Source: Mobula hypostoma (taxonomy: Eukaryota). Taken from it: a stretch of DNA of 64,000 bases. This document shows positions 1-12,480 of this stretch, in pieces. The DNA lies in assembly GCF_963921235.1 (NCBI RefSeq), contig NC_086109.1, positions 29,514,001-29,578,000 on the forward strand, given 5' to 3'. The notes beneath the pieces were generated by a model. It was not told the origin of the DNA. It worked only from the letters and a program-made list of their open reading frames with translations, and ran no database searches. The translations under genes and the position numbers were made by a program. Numbering within the stretch: position 1 is the first letter of the stretch; each line of letters opens with the position of its first letter.

Positions 1-727
1 TTTGCATCTCCCTGGGACTGAAGCACCTTGAGTCAATTTTCCGAAGCTATTGCAGTTCTCTCTATGTAGCTTTTCAGTGAGTGTGTGGGACAGCTCAGCT
101 TAAATGGAAGTGCCATAATTCAATTGTTCCTGTCCACAACTCTCAAAAATTTTTAGATCTCCATAAAAGATTGCAACAGTTCCTGTTATCATAGATTAGA
201 ATAGAAGAAAAACAAGTGTAGAAATCTGAAATAGGAATAGAAAATGCAGAATGATCTTAGCAGGTTAGGCAGCATCTGTGGATAAAGAAACAGATTGTTT
301 CAAGTTCAGGTCCCTTCATTGGATTTGGCCACCATCCAGTCTGGACAATAACACTGATTGCATCTTTAATCATTCTGTTCAGTTGAAAGTTCTAGACAGG
401 TTGACTGACTATTATCATGACCTCCAGTTTACGTCTGATATCTTAGCTGAATTCAGCAATCAATCCTGAACACTACCCGAAAATTTTAGTGATGGAATAA
501 AGAAAGGTATCGCACATATACTGCCCTTCCAACCTCAGGACATTCCAAAACTCTTTAGAGTTTAAGTCTTTATATTTTTGAATTGCTGTTGTGATGTACA
601 CTGTTCAACATCCCCTGAGGTACTAGGAGTATACCAGATTTTCAATTTGTCATCGATGAATTTATGTTGTATTGCCATTTTAATGAGAACTTCAAGGTAT
701 TTCTAAAGGGATGATTTTAATTGATTA

Positions 728-1010
728 GACCATAGATCGTAAGATATCGGAGCAGAATTAGGCCATTTGGCTCATTGAGTCTGGTCCACCATTGAATCAC
801 AGCTGATCCTTTCTTTCCCCTCCCTGGCCTACTCTCGATAGACTTTGATGCCGTGTCCAATCAAGAACCTCTCAAGCTCTGCCTTAAATATACCCAATGA
901 CCTGGCCTCCACAGCTGCCTGTGGAAACAAATTCCACAAATTCACCACCATCTGGCTAAAGAAATTTCTCCACATCTCTGTTTTAAATGGATGCCCCTCT
1001 ATTCTCAAAA
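728..1010 (-). mobile_element. CR1 LINE 3' fragment (degraded)
   Basis: CR1-type 3' end (GCAGAATTAGGCCATTTGGC..., AAATTCCACAAATTCACCACC), homologous to the CR1 copies at 2692 and 57388. Confidence 0.8.
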
Positions 1011-1959
1011 CTGCTTTAGGAGGGAGTTATGATCAATCCGAGCATTGGCAACAATAAATTAAAATGAAGCCAGGAGAAGTATGTACAGATATAGGCAGGC
1101 TTATGTTCCTTGTAGAAAACAGTCACCAGTTAGGTGACAGACAGGTGAAAGAGTAAATGAAATTGGGGATATTGTTTTATTTGGTTATATATGCTAAATC
1201 TGCAGTGTGTTATCACATTATATTGTCCTCCACTTCTGAAATTTGATTTTATTGCCTTCAGTGGAAGAAAATTTGGTGACTGTATAACTGAATCATGCAA
1301 TTTGCTTATGCTAACAATGACAAATTTATAGTTTAATAATGAAGAATGAATGGTTTGGCAACAGAATAAAATAATCTGGACGTCCTTCGTCAACTATAAC
1401 TCAGTGCTTCCCCACTTAGCCAAGCTAATACAGACCCATCAGAAATTCAGAATACATGGGGAAATTTTTAAGCTCTTTGCCTATGTAATGTTAATATTTG
1501 CAAGGCCTTATACAGATTCAAGAGATTTACGAAGAATCCACTGGTTCAGATATTAACATTTTATGCTGTTGAAAGACGAAACAATGGAATTCCTTTTGCC
1601 TCAGGGATACATAACGTAGTTGTCATCTTTAATGAATTTGCTCAATGTAAAATCTGTGAATTGATTTGTTACCTATCTGTTCCTCTGGTATTTATTTTAG
1701 TTCTTAATATTCCCAAAATTGAACACAAAACTATATGGATTTAATTTAAATCTGATTAACTGAAAGAATTCTATGGGATGTCCCAATAAAAGGCCATTGA
1801 ATTCAATTGTAACTTAATGCCTAGCTGAATTGGAAAGTGAATTTCCCAAAGTGTATTAAGTTAAAGTTGCCTTTAATTGCTCATTTGCTTGCTTTTCGAA
1901 ATTGTGAGTTTATATCTGTGGTGAGGGAAAGAGGTTTTAACATCTACAAGAGTTCAGTT

Positions 1960-2290
1960 GATAAACATTCTTGTCCTTGAGTCAGCAGGCTGTGGCTTTT
2001 TCCCACTCCTGAGACTTGTGCACAAACATCTCAGCTAACACAGTGCTGAGCTGTTGTGATGTACTCTTTTAGATGAGAGCATGAATTTCTCAAGAAAGAT
2101 CATGAGGCTGTTGTCTGATAAAAGAACATGAATTATCCCTTGTGCCTAACCTACGTTTATCCTTCAATAAGTAGAATTAAAACCATCTATCGGTCTATTG
2201 ATATTTGCTGATTCTGGCAGCTTGCTGAATACAAACTGAGATGTTCTCAATGGTGGGGACATCCAAAAAGAGAGGTCATATTTCTTTCTT
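1960..2290 (+). mobile_element. Deu-domain SINE (SacSINE1-like), degraded
   Basis: GAGTCAGCAGGCTGTGG...CCCACTCCTGAGACTTGTGCACAAA head and TTTATCCTTCAA...TTGCTG Deu-like body, matched from recalled consensus. Confidence 0.55.
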
Positions 2291-2691
2291 ACATATAGTT
2301 TTCTATCTGCATCAATCTAACGTTTAATCCAAGTAATCATCTCCCCAATCCAGTCTCCATCAATTGTCTAAATTTCTCTTCTGGCCTTGCCAGTCATTTG
2401 CCCATGCCCTCACATCGAGGCCTTCCTGTAAGCCACAACCCTTGTGCTATTCCTCCTGGTCTCTACAATCTACTTCCTAACACTTTCTCCATATTCTCTG
2501 AAGTGACAGGAGATGATAGACGAAATTTTTGGATTCTGCGGAGTAGAAAATCCAAGCCTGAGAGTTATTCAGTTATACCAAACCAGATATTGTGATGGAC
2601 TAAACTTGTCTCATGGCAATATCTTGTGCATTGCTATTGCAGTGGCAAAAGAAATGTGGTTTTAAGTTGAAAAGGGTTGTGAGAATGTGGC

Positions 2692-3302
2692 AATGAGTGC
2701 AGGAGCAGGGAAGTACTACTGCAGTTGTACAAGGCCTTGGTGAGACCACACTTGGAGTATTGTGTGCCGTCTTGGTCCCCTAATCTGAGGAAAGTCATTC
2801 TTGCCATAGAGGGAGTACAAAGAAGGTTCACCAGATTGATTCCTGGGATGGCAGGACTTTCATAGGATGAAAGACTGGATCGACTAGGCTTGTACTCTCT
2901 GGTATTTAGAAGATTGAGGGGGGATCTTATTGAAACGTATGAAATCCTAAAGGACAGGCTAGATGCAGGAAGATTGTTCCCGAAGTTGGAGAAGTCCAGA
3001 ATGAGGGGTCACAGTTTGAGGATAAAGGGGAAGCCTTTTAGGACCGAGATGAGGAAAAACTTCTTCACACAGAGAGTGGTGAATCTGTGGAATTCTCTGC
3101 CACAGGAAACAGCTGAGGCCAGTTCATTGGCTATATTTAAGAGGGTGTTAGATAAGGCCCTTGTGGCTAAAGGGATCGGGGGTATGGAGAGAAGGCAGGT
3201 ACAGGGTTCTGAGTTGGATGATCAGCCATGATCGAACTGAATGGCGGTGCAGGCTCAAAGGGCCGAATGGCCTATTCCTGCACCTATTTTTATATGTTTC
3301 TA
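2692..3302 (+). mobile_element. CR1 LINE, 5'-truncated 3' end
   Basis: Translates to LYKALVRPHLEYC...RRLRGDLIETY...FFTQRVVNLWNSLP (CR1 ORF2 C-terminus), then the CR1 3' UTR and a TATGTTTC-type tail. Confidence 0.93.
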
Positions 3303-4453
3303 TTCAACCCCAAGGATTATAATGGAAATGGTTGCTATAATGTCAACACTCACATTTCGATTGAGTATTTGGGTGAAGGGGCAATAACTAAAGGACACAT
3401 GAATGGATTGGATAAATTTTTTCATGTGGTAAGTAATCGCTGGACGATTCTTTATAGACCATACATGTCTAAAGATCAGGTTCTGGGTTCTGCTTTCACT
3501 GGTGTTGAGTCAATTTTGTTCATAAATTGTAAAGTACACAGAAGTCACATATGGTAAGCATACCTGCCCTGTATGGTAAAGAACAGCATCAAAAGCACAA
3601 AAGGCTGACAATAAAGAACAGAATCAGAATCAAAATCTAGTTTAATATCACCAGCATATGTCCTGAAATTTTTTACCTTAGCGGCAGCAGTTAAATAAAG
3701 TATATCATAAATATAGAAAAAATAAATTAATTACAGTAAGTATATATATGTATATTAAATAGTTACATTTTAAAATAGAACATAGAACATAGGATAGTAC
3801 AGCACAGTACAGGCCCTTCAGCCCACAATGTTGTGCCAACCCTCAGACCCGGCCTCCCATATAACCCCCCGCCACCTTAAATTCCTCCAGATACCTGTCT
3901 AGTAGCCTCTCAAATTTCATGAGTGTACCTGCCTCCTCCACTGACTCATGCAGTGCATTCCACGCACCAACCACTTTCTGAGTGAAAAACCTTCCTCTAA
4001 TATCCCCACCCCTTACCTTAAAGCCATGTCCTCTTGTATTGAGCAGTGGTGCCCTGGGGAAGAGGCGCTGGCTATCCACTCTATCTATTCCTCTTAATAT
4101 CTTGTATACCTCTATCATGTCTCCTCTCATCCTCCTTCTCTCCAAAGAACAAAGCCCCAGGTCCCTTAATCTCTGATCATCATCCATACACTCTAAACCA
4201 GGCGGCATCCTAGTAAATCTCCTCTGTACCCTTTCCAATGTTTCCACATTCTTCTTATAGTGAGGCGACCAGAACTGGACACAATACTCCAAGTGTGGTC
4301 TAACCAGAGTTTTATAGAGCTGCATCATTACCTCACCACTCTTAAACTCTATCCCTCGACTTATGAAAGCTAACACCCCATAAGCTTTCTTAACTACCCT
4401 ATCTACCTGTGAGGCAACTTTCAGGGATCTGTGGACATGTACCCCCAGATCCC

Positions 4454-4928
4454 AACAGAATCAGCAGACACCAACAGAATCAACAAACTCATTCGTAAGG
4501 CCAGTGATGTTGTGGGAATGAAACTGGACTCTCTGACGGTGGTGTCTGAAAAGAGGATGCTGTCTAAGTTGCATGCCATCTTGGTCAATGTCTCCCATCC
4601 ACTACGTAATGTACTGGGTGGACACAGGAGTACATTCAGCCAGAGACTCATTCCACCGAGAGGCAACACAGAGTGTTATAGGAAGTCATTCCTGCCTGTG
4701 GCCATCAAACTTTACAACTCCTCCCTTGAAGTGTCAGACACCCTGAGTCAATAGGCTAGTCCTGGACTTATTTCATAATTTACTGGCATAATTTACATAT
4801 TACTATTTAACTATTTATGGTTTTATTAGTATTTATTATTTATGGCGCAACTGTAACGAAATCCAATTTCCCCCGGAATCAATAAAGTATGACTATGACT
4901 ATGACTATGAATATGACTATGACTATGA
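4454..4928 (+). mobile_element. Rex1/Babar-type LINE 3' fragment with (GACTAT)n tail, nested in CR1
   Basis: Encodes INKLIRKASDVVG...SHPL...RKSFLPVAIKLYN; AATAAA then (GACTAT)n; host CR1 resumes with CCC duplicated (4451-4453 and 4929-4931). Confidence 0.9.
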
Positions 4929-6003
4929 CCCTCTGCTCCTCCACACTACCAAGTATCCTGCCATTTACTTTGTACTCTGTCTTGGAGTTTGTCCTTCCAA
5001 AGTGTACCACCTCACACTTCTCCAGGTTGAACTCCATCTGCCACTTCTCAGCCCACTTCTGCATCCTATCCATGTCTCTCTCTGCAATCTTCGACAGTCC
5101 TCTACACTATCTACAACACCATCAACTTTTGTGTCATCTGCAAATTTGCCAACCCACCCTTCTATCCCCACATCCAGGTCTTTTATAAAAATCACGAAAA
5201 GTGGAGGCCCCAGAACCGATCTTTGTGGGACACCACTAGTCACAACCCTCCAATCTGAATGTACCCCGTCCACCATGACCCACTGCCCTCTGCAGGCAAG
5301 CCAATTCTGAATCCACCTGGCCAAACTTCCCTGGATCCCATGCCTTCTGGCTTTCTGAATAAGCCTGCTGTGTGGAACCTTGTCAAATGCCTTACTAAAA
5401 TCCATATAGATCACATCCACTGCACTACCCTCATCTATATGCCTGGTCTCCTCCTCGAAGAACTCTATCAGGCTTGTTAGACATGATCTGCCCTTCACAA
5501 AGCCATGCTGACTGTCCCTGATCAGACCATGATTCTCTAAATGCCCATAGATCCTATTTCTAAGAACCTTTTCCAACAGCTTTCCCACCACAGACGTAAG
5601 ACTCACTGGTCTATAATTACCTGGACTATCCCTACTACCTTTTTTGAACAAAGGGACAACATTCACCTCCCTCCAATACCATTCCCGTAGACAATGAGGA
5701 CATGAATATCCTAGCCAGAGGCTCCGCAATCTCTTCCCTCGCCTCGTGGAGCAGCCTAGGGAATAATCCATCAGGCTCCGGGGACCTATCCGTCCTAATG
5801 TATTTTAACAACTCCAACACCTCTTCTCCCTTTATATCAACATGCTCCAGAACATCAACCTCACTCATATTGTCCTCACCATCATCAAGTTCCCTCTCAT
5901 TGATGAATACTGAAGAGAAGTATGCATTGAGGCACATCTTCCCACCTTTATCTCGAATCGGTCCTACCTTCACTCCTGCCATCCTTTTGTTCTTCACATA
6001 ATT

Positions 6004-6405
6004 CGTAAGGCCAGTGATGTTGTGGGGATGGAACTGGATTCTCTGACGGTGGTGTCTGAAAAGAGGATGCTGTCCAAGTTGCATGCCATCTTGGACAATG
6101 TCTCCCATCCACTACATAATGTACTGGTTGGGCACAGGAGTACATTCAGCCAGAGACTCATTCCACCGAGATTCAGCACTGAGCATCATAGGAAGTCATT
6201 CCTGCCTGTGGCCATCAAACTTTACAACTCCTCCCTTGGAGGGTCAGACATCCTGAGCCAATAGGCTGATCCTGGATTTATTTCCTGGCATAATTTACAT
6301 AAATTCTATTGCTATAGCTATACTCTATTCTTGGTTGGTGCAACTGTAACGAAACCCAATTTCCCGCAGGATCAATAAAGTATGATTATGACTATGACAA
6401 TGAAT
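6004..6405 (+). mobile_element. Second copy of the (GACTAT)n-tailed Rex1/Babar-type 3' fragment, nested in the same CR1
   Basis: Close paralogue of 4454-4928; ATT duplicated at 6001-6003 and 6406-6408, where the CR1 sequence resumes. Confidence 0.9.
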
Positions 6406-8020
6406 ATTGAAGAATGCCTTGGGGTTTTCCTTTACCCTACTCGCCAAGGCCTTCTCATGCCCTCTTCTTGCTCTTCTCAGCGCCTTCTTAAGCTCCTTTT
6501 TTGCTAACCTATATTCCTCAATAGACCCATCTGATCCTTGCTTCCTAAACCTCATGTATGCCGCCTTCTTCCACCTGACTAGATTTTCCACCTCACTTGT
6601 CACCCATGGTTCCTTCACCCTACCATTCTTTGTCTTCCTCACTGGGACAAATTTATCCCTAACATCCTACAAGAGATTCCTAAACATCAGCCACATGTCC
6701 ATAGTACATTTCCCTGCAAAAACATAATCCTAATTCTCACCCGCAAGTTCTAGCCTTATAGCCTCATAATTTGCCCTTCCCCAATTAAAAATTTTCCTGT
6801 CCTCTCTGATTCTATCCTTTTCCATGATAATGCTAAAGCCAGGGAGCGGTGGTCACTGTCCCCCAGATGCTCATCCACTGAGAGATCTGTGACCTGATCC
6901 GTAGTGCAAAATAGTAGTGCAAAAACAGAAGTAGTAAATAAAGTGAGGTAGTGTCCATGGGTTAAATGTCCATTGAGAAATTGGATGGCAGAGGGGAGGA
7001 AGCTGTTCCTGAATCGTTGAGAGTGTGCCCGTAGGCTTCTGTACCTCCTTCCTGATGGTAACAATGAGAAGAGGGCATGTACCGGGTGATGGGGGTCCTT
7101 AATAATGGATGCCGCCTTTCTGAGGCATCACTCCTTGAAGATGTCTTGGATACTACGAAGGCTAGTACCCAAGGTGGAGCTCACTAATCTTCCAACTTTC
7201 TGTAGCTTCTTTTGATCCTGTGCAGTAGCTGCCCCCACTACACCCCCTCCCCCATACCAGATGGTGATGCTGCCTGTCAGAATGCTCTCCAAGGTACATG
7301 TTCTTAAGGTGACAAACCAAATCTCCTCAAACTTCGAATTAAATAATAGCCACTATCTTGCCTTCTTTACAGCCGCATTGATATGTTGGGACCAGGTTAG
7401 ATCCTCAGAGATCTGGACACCCAGGAACTTGAAATTGCTCACTTTCTCCACTTCTGATCCCTCTATGCGGACTGGTGTGTGTTCCTTTGTCTTACCCCTC
7501 CTGAAGTCCACAGTCAGCTCTTTGTTTTTACTGACATTGCGTGCAAGATTGTTGCTACGACAACAACTCGCTGGTATATCTCGCTTCTGTACGCCCTCAT
7601 GTCTCCATGTGAAATTCTGCCAACAGTGGTTGTATTATCAGTAAATATATAGACAATTGCTAAAAGTGCTAGGTACAGGAAACTATTTCTCCTATTTGTA
7701 GCGATGTACATAGGTCTAATATTTGATTTTAATACAATTATAGGAGATTATTTGCGTACAAGGTTATCCACAAGTTGGGTATTCTTAAACCAGGGACAAT
7801 TTGTAGTAAGTTGTGTTATTGTTTTCTTTTGCTTAAAGCTGATATGGTCTATCTTCAAGGGGCATCTCCAAACTAAAGCTACTTGAAGTCTTGCATATGA
7901 ACCCACTTTTTAAACTGCTTTTTGTCTGCCTTTTCACAAAGTAATGGGACATGTTTGAAAGTCTGAAGGTTAGAATAATGTGTGATCTGCTAATTACAAT
8001 ATGGCGATGCCACAAACAGT

Positions 8021-8327
8021 AAAGATTAAAATTTAGCTTTATTGTCACATGTACACAAAAACATTGAAACAGTCAACACAGTCTGAGGTTTGTGCTGGGG
8101 CAGCCATCGGTGTTGCCATGCTTCCAGTGCCAAAATAGTATACCCATAATTCATTAACCCTAACTGCACACCTTTGAAATATTAGGGGAAACTGATACAC
8201 CCAGAGGAAACCCCTGTGGTCACAGGTAGAACATTCAAACTCCTTATAGATAGCAGCAGGAATTGAACCATGATTGGTCCTGGTGCTGGAAAACGATTGT
8301 GCTAACCATTACGCTACTATGCTACCC
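8021..8327 (-). mobile_element. V-SINE (HE1-like tRNA-derived SINE)
   Basis: V-domain-like GGGGAAACTGATACACCCAGAGGAAACCC...GGTCACAGG; paralogue of 63607-63890. Confidence 0.75.
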
Positions 8328-8375
8328 TGAGATACAAGTATCTACAGGAGTGACATTTGCTGCTGAAGTCAATAG

Positions 8376-8750
8376 GACCATAGACCATAAAGCAGGGGTA
8401 GGACATTTGGCCCATCAACTCTGCACTGCCATTCAATCTTGGTTGACTTTTTTTCAAATTAATTTCCCTGCCTTCTCTGTTGCCCTTAGCCCCTTTATCA
8501 ATTAAAAAACAATCAATCTCTGTCTTCAATACATCCAATGACCTGGCCTCTATAGCTATCTGTGGTGACAAATTCCACAGATTCAATCCTTTCTGATTGA
8601 AGAAAGTCCATATCATCTCAGTCCTTTTATTCTGAGGTTGTGCCGTCAGATCCACAACTCTCTTGCTAATGGAAATATCTGCTCTTTGTCCGCTCTATCC
8701 AGGCTTTTTAGTATTTGGTAGACGTCAGTGAAATGCCCCCCATCCTTCTG
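8376..8750 (-). mobile_element. CR1 LINE 3' fragment
   Basis: ORF 8317-8655 contains FFNQKGLNLWNLSPQ...LKTEID; CR1 3' UTR. Confidence 0.8.
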
Positions 8751-10614
8751 ATGATGTTGCTACAACAGATTGGAAATTAATGGTGTTTTTTTTTAGAAAG
8801 TGGAAATAGGAATTTTGGTGACAAAACAATTATGTGATATAATCATTGATAGCAAGACAGTACACTAGCAATGATTTTGGGATATTCTGGTCTTAATCTC
8901 CACATGGAAAGGTTCTTTGCTAGCTGAGCTGATTTATAAAATAATTCCTGATATGCGAGTACCAAATCTGCTGTAACATCACATGCAGAGTTAGGGAGAA
9001 AGCATGAAATACAATCATAACCACAGTAAATGCAAATCTGAATTCTCCAGAAAATATTTGCATCTGTATATGACTAGTTTAGCATTTTATATTATGCTTT
9101 TGTTCTGTTCAAAGTCCAACCTTCATCTTAGTTGATGAGAAAGATAAGCTATGTTTTATTTTAATGTTTCAGGATATACATCCTATTCATTGAAGTGGCT
9201 AGCAGTCTAGTGGCACACACAGCACAGAGACATTTGTCCCTCTAAAGTGGCAAGATGCCAGTTTTGTCCAGCTGTAAACTACCTCACCAGAAAGAGAAAG
9301 AGTGATGTGCTTTTTTTTCACTAGGTGGTCAACAGCAGTTTTGGTAAAGACTGTCATAACACAAATATCCCATTCTGGTTACGTAGGTTACATGATAACA
9401 CAAGATGTTAAACTGAAAGAGATCAGAAAACACCTCAAAGTTAAACACAATGCTGTGACCACATTATCCCAATGTGTAACCAATATTATATTTGAGAACT
9501 TTAAAAACACGCTTCAAGGTCACTACATCACTTCCAGGAAGATTAAAAAATTGGAATTTGCATTTTTCCACGAAATCCATTTGCATTTAAATATCCCTGC
9601 TCTTTAATGTGATGTAGTTTCTATCTTAGTTGTAGATTCCGCATTGCTTTGACCAAATAAGTTAACCATGTCACGATAGCAATGCTGACTTATCTGTTCT
9701 TTTGTTGCCATGAATCCTCTTCCAAGTACATAGACAATGGTCTCAAAGAGTTTTCTGTAGTCAGTGAGCATGTGGCATGATTTGACCTGACAGGCAGGAC
9801 GATGTCAGCCCTATTATCTTTCCATAATAAAGGCTCTCTCTTCTGCATGACATTTGATCCAGTATCTCAGCCAAGATCTGGCGAACTCCAACCAGTTTCA
9901 GCAACCTTACAGAAAAGCGCCGTCACAAAAAGCCACATAAAATACAAACTCAGCACAATACCAGATCATTCTACCATGCAGTCATAAAATGTAATACTTT
10001 AAAAATAAAATATTGTCACTGCAGGGGTTAAAACATATTTATCCAGGATGCAGTTTTCTTTAATGAAAGCCTGTTCATTAATATGGAAACAACTATAATC
10101 GATTGATACTGTAACAAAGTAATAGGAACTATAAGATTGACAATGTGTAGTTTCTCCCATTGTCATTGGCACGCAAGGAGGAAATGCCTATGGGTCAAGT
10201 CACAAAGCTAAGCATGTAATTTGGAATGTTAAGTACAATATCTGCAAGCAGTAATTCCTCTTTAGACTTCTAAAACTAAGTACTTAACATCTCCCCAGAA
10301 GCAATGATTGAACTGATCAAATAAATGACTTCCAATTCTAAAGTAATGTGAACTTTTGTTACGTTAAGTTTGTAAACACTGTCAAAGGGTTTCAAGATTG
10401 CAGTTTCATCAAGAGATATTGGGCATGCTAGCTCGAAAATTCTTGGGACTCAAGGCACCAAAGACATTGAGACCCTTCTTTGTTTGATGCATTTGAATAC
10501 AAACAAAAACTGGAAAGGCATGTGCCAATATTAATATTGCAACAAATCTGCTGGCAGTATATCCAAATATTCGGCAGATTTAAGCGCAAACCAGATTAAA
10601 AAGATCAAGGCATC

Positions 10615-11598
10615 AAGGCCGAGGATGAAGGACGAGCCAGTGTTCAGCTCACTACTCTGTGAGGCTTGCTTGCCTCAGCACTGAACTGATTCTAGAGCTG
10701 TGGTCTGCAACTAGGGTTGCCAACTGTCCCGTAATTTCCGGGACATCCCGTATATTGGGCTAAATTGGTTTGCCCCATACGGGACCGCCCTTGTCCTGTA
10801 TTTCCCCTGCTAAGGTAGAGCGTTCCGATGAAACTGCTTGTAAGCCGAAATGGCGTAAAGCGAAGAAGCAATTACCATTAATCTATCTGGGAAAAATTTT
10901 TGAGGGTTCAGACCAAAAAAAAATCTACTAGATCATACCAAATAACACATAAAACCTAAAATAACACTAACATATAGTAAAAGCAGGAATGGTATGATAA
11001 ATACACAGCCTTTATAAAGTAGAGATACAGTGTAGTTTCACTTAACAAAATTGGCACATACACGCATGCGCACACAGGTGCCCACCAAGGCTTCATGGTC
11101 ATGGTAGTCTTTCTTGGGGTAAACACAAGTGTCCTGTACTTGACTGCTACATTTGTCCCTTATTTGGGAGTGAGAAATTTGGCAACCCTATCTGCAACCA
11201 TCAGTGCACGTCTCAGAGCTAAACTGGCTCTGTGCCTGCGGCCTGCAGCCGCCGGGCTGATGGTCCGGCTTCACTCACCTCAGCACTGTACTGGCTGTGT
11301 GTCTGTGGCTTACAGCCATCAGGTTCTTGTACCAGCTGCACCGTTGAAGTAGTTTCATGGCTGTGGACTCAATTTTGGGGACTCTGCGGTTCATTTGCTA
11401 TATGATATCAATTAACTTTTTGATTGTTTGCATGATTCGTTCTTCTTTTCACACATTGGGTGTTTGGTGGTACTTGTTGTGTGGGGTTCTTTAATAGGTT
11501 CTAATGCGCTTCTTTGTTTTGTGGCTGCCTGCAAGTAGACTAATCTCAAGGTTGCATATGGTATGCATACTTCGATAATAAATGTACTTGGAAATTTG
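10615..11598 (+). mobile_element. Non-autonomous retroposon with LINE-like tail (host of the hAT MITE)
   Basis: Ends GTGGCTGCCTGCAAG...AATCTCAAGGTTG...GATAATAAATGTACTT; same family as about 52540-53157. Confidence 0.55.
10712..11190. mobile_element. hAT (Blackjack-like) non-autonomous DNA transposon, 479 bp
   Basis: TIRs TAGGGTTGCCAA...TTGGCAACCCTA; perfect 8-bp TSD TCTGCAAC at 10704-10711 and 11191-11198. Confidence 0.93.
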
Positions 11599-11719
11599 GT
11601 AGAAACATTTGATCAACAATTATACAGACTTTTTTTTTTCTGTCTGAGTGCGCATGCTGCCAAAATCACCACAGGACCTCCAGTTGGTGCCGATTATAGG
11701 CTTGGGTTTCTGAGAGAAG

Positions 11720-12480
11720 CTGCAGTGCACATAAGAAGCAGAAAAAGGCAACCGGCCTCTCCTTCAGTAACATCATGGCTGATGTTTTACCTCAGCACCA
11801 TCACTCTGTACTGAACCATATCCCTTGATTGGCTTATGTTCAAAAATTGATCAGTTGTTGTCTTGAATCGACTCAGTGACTGATCCTGCACAACACTCAT
11901 GGGTAAGGAATTTGTAAGATTCACAACCTTTTATGTGAATATATTACTGCTCCTATCACCACTCCTTTTACCCCTTATTCTGAAACTATGATCCTTGACT
12001 AGCCAGAGGAACTATCGTCCCTGCACTTATCCTGTCAAGTCCCGGAATAATATTGTGTATTTCAACAAAATCACTGCTCATTCTTTTAAACTCAGAAGAG
12101 TATTAACCCAGTTTACTTAATACCTCATATGATAAGTCTGTCATCACAAAATTCTACCTGATGAACCTTCACCATACTCCTTTTATTGCAAGTATATACT
12201 TTGTTAGATAAGGAGACTAGACCTAGACACCATATTTCAAGGGTGCTTTCATGAGGGGCCTCTATAATGTCACAAGATGTCAAATCTTCTGGCAATAAAG
12301 GCCAACATCCTGTTTACCTTCTTAATTGCTTGCTATATCTGCATGTTAACTTTCAATAATTCATTTACAAGGACATCAGGCCTCTCTGAACACCAGCTCC
12401 TTTCAACTCTAGGCCTCTTTTCTATTTTTTTAACCACACTGAGCAAACTCACATTTTTCCATGCGTTCAGCTAGGCCTGG
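11720..12480 (-). mobile_element. Old, degraded CR1 fragment
   Basis: Residual CR1 motifs (GGAATTTGTAAGATTCACAACC; GCAATAAAGGCCAACATCCTGTTTACCTTCTTAATTGCTTGC). Confidence 0.65.

Larger units (their letters stand above)
3779..6900 (-). mobile_element. CR1 LINE, 5'-truncated, containing two nested insertions
   Basis: ORFs 4965-5771 (PGNYRPVSLTS, QHGF, YMDFSKAFDKV, GVPQ, KFADDTK) and 3843-4376; (TTCTATG)n tail; TSD AAAATAG at 3772-3778 and 6908-6914. Confidence 0.95.
3619..7650 (-). mobile_element. Rex1/Babar LINE 3' portion with (TTCTGA)n tail, split by a CR1 (pieces about 3619-3778 and 6908-7650)
   Basis: AGAATCAGAATC tail at 3619; after 6908 the minus strand encodes LLPSGRRYRSLR...FRNSFLPSAI and TDNTTTVGRIS (Rex1-type RT C-terminus); same 3' UTR as the copy at 48295-49250. 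Confidence 0.8.

Noticed and set aside
4889..5188. ORF starting MTMTMTMNMTMT
   Set aside because: Translation of the (GACTAT)n LINE tail running into antisense CR1
9150..9610. Splice-acceptor-like TTTCAG at about 9172 and ORF 9302-9607
   Set aside because: Early stops in the frames checked after the acceptor and no recognisable protein similarity
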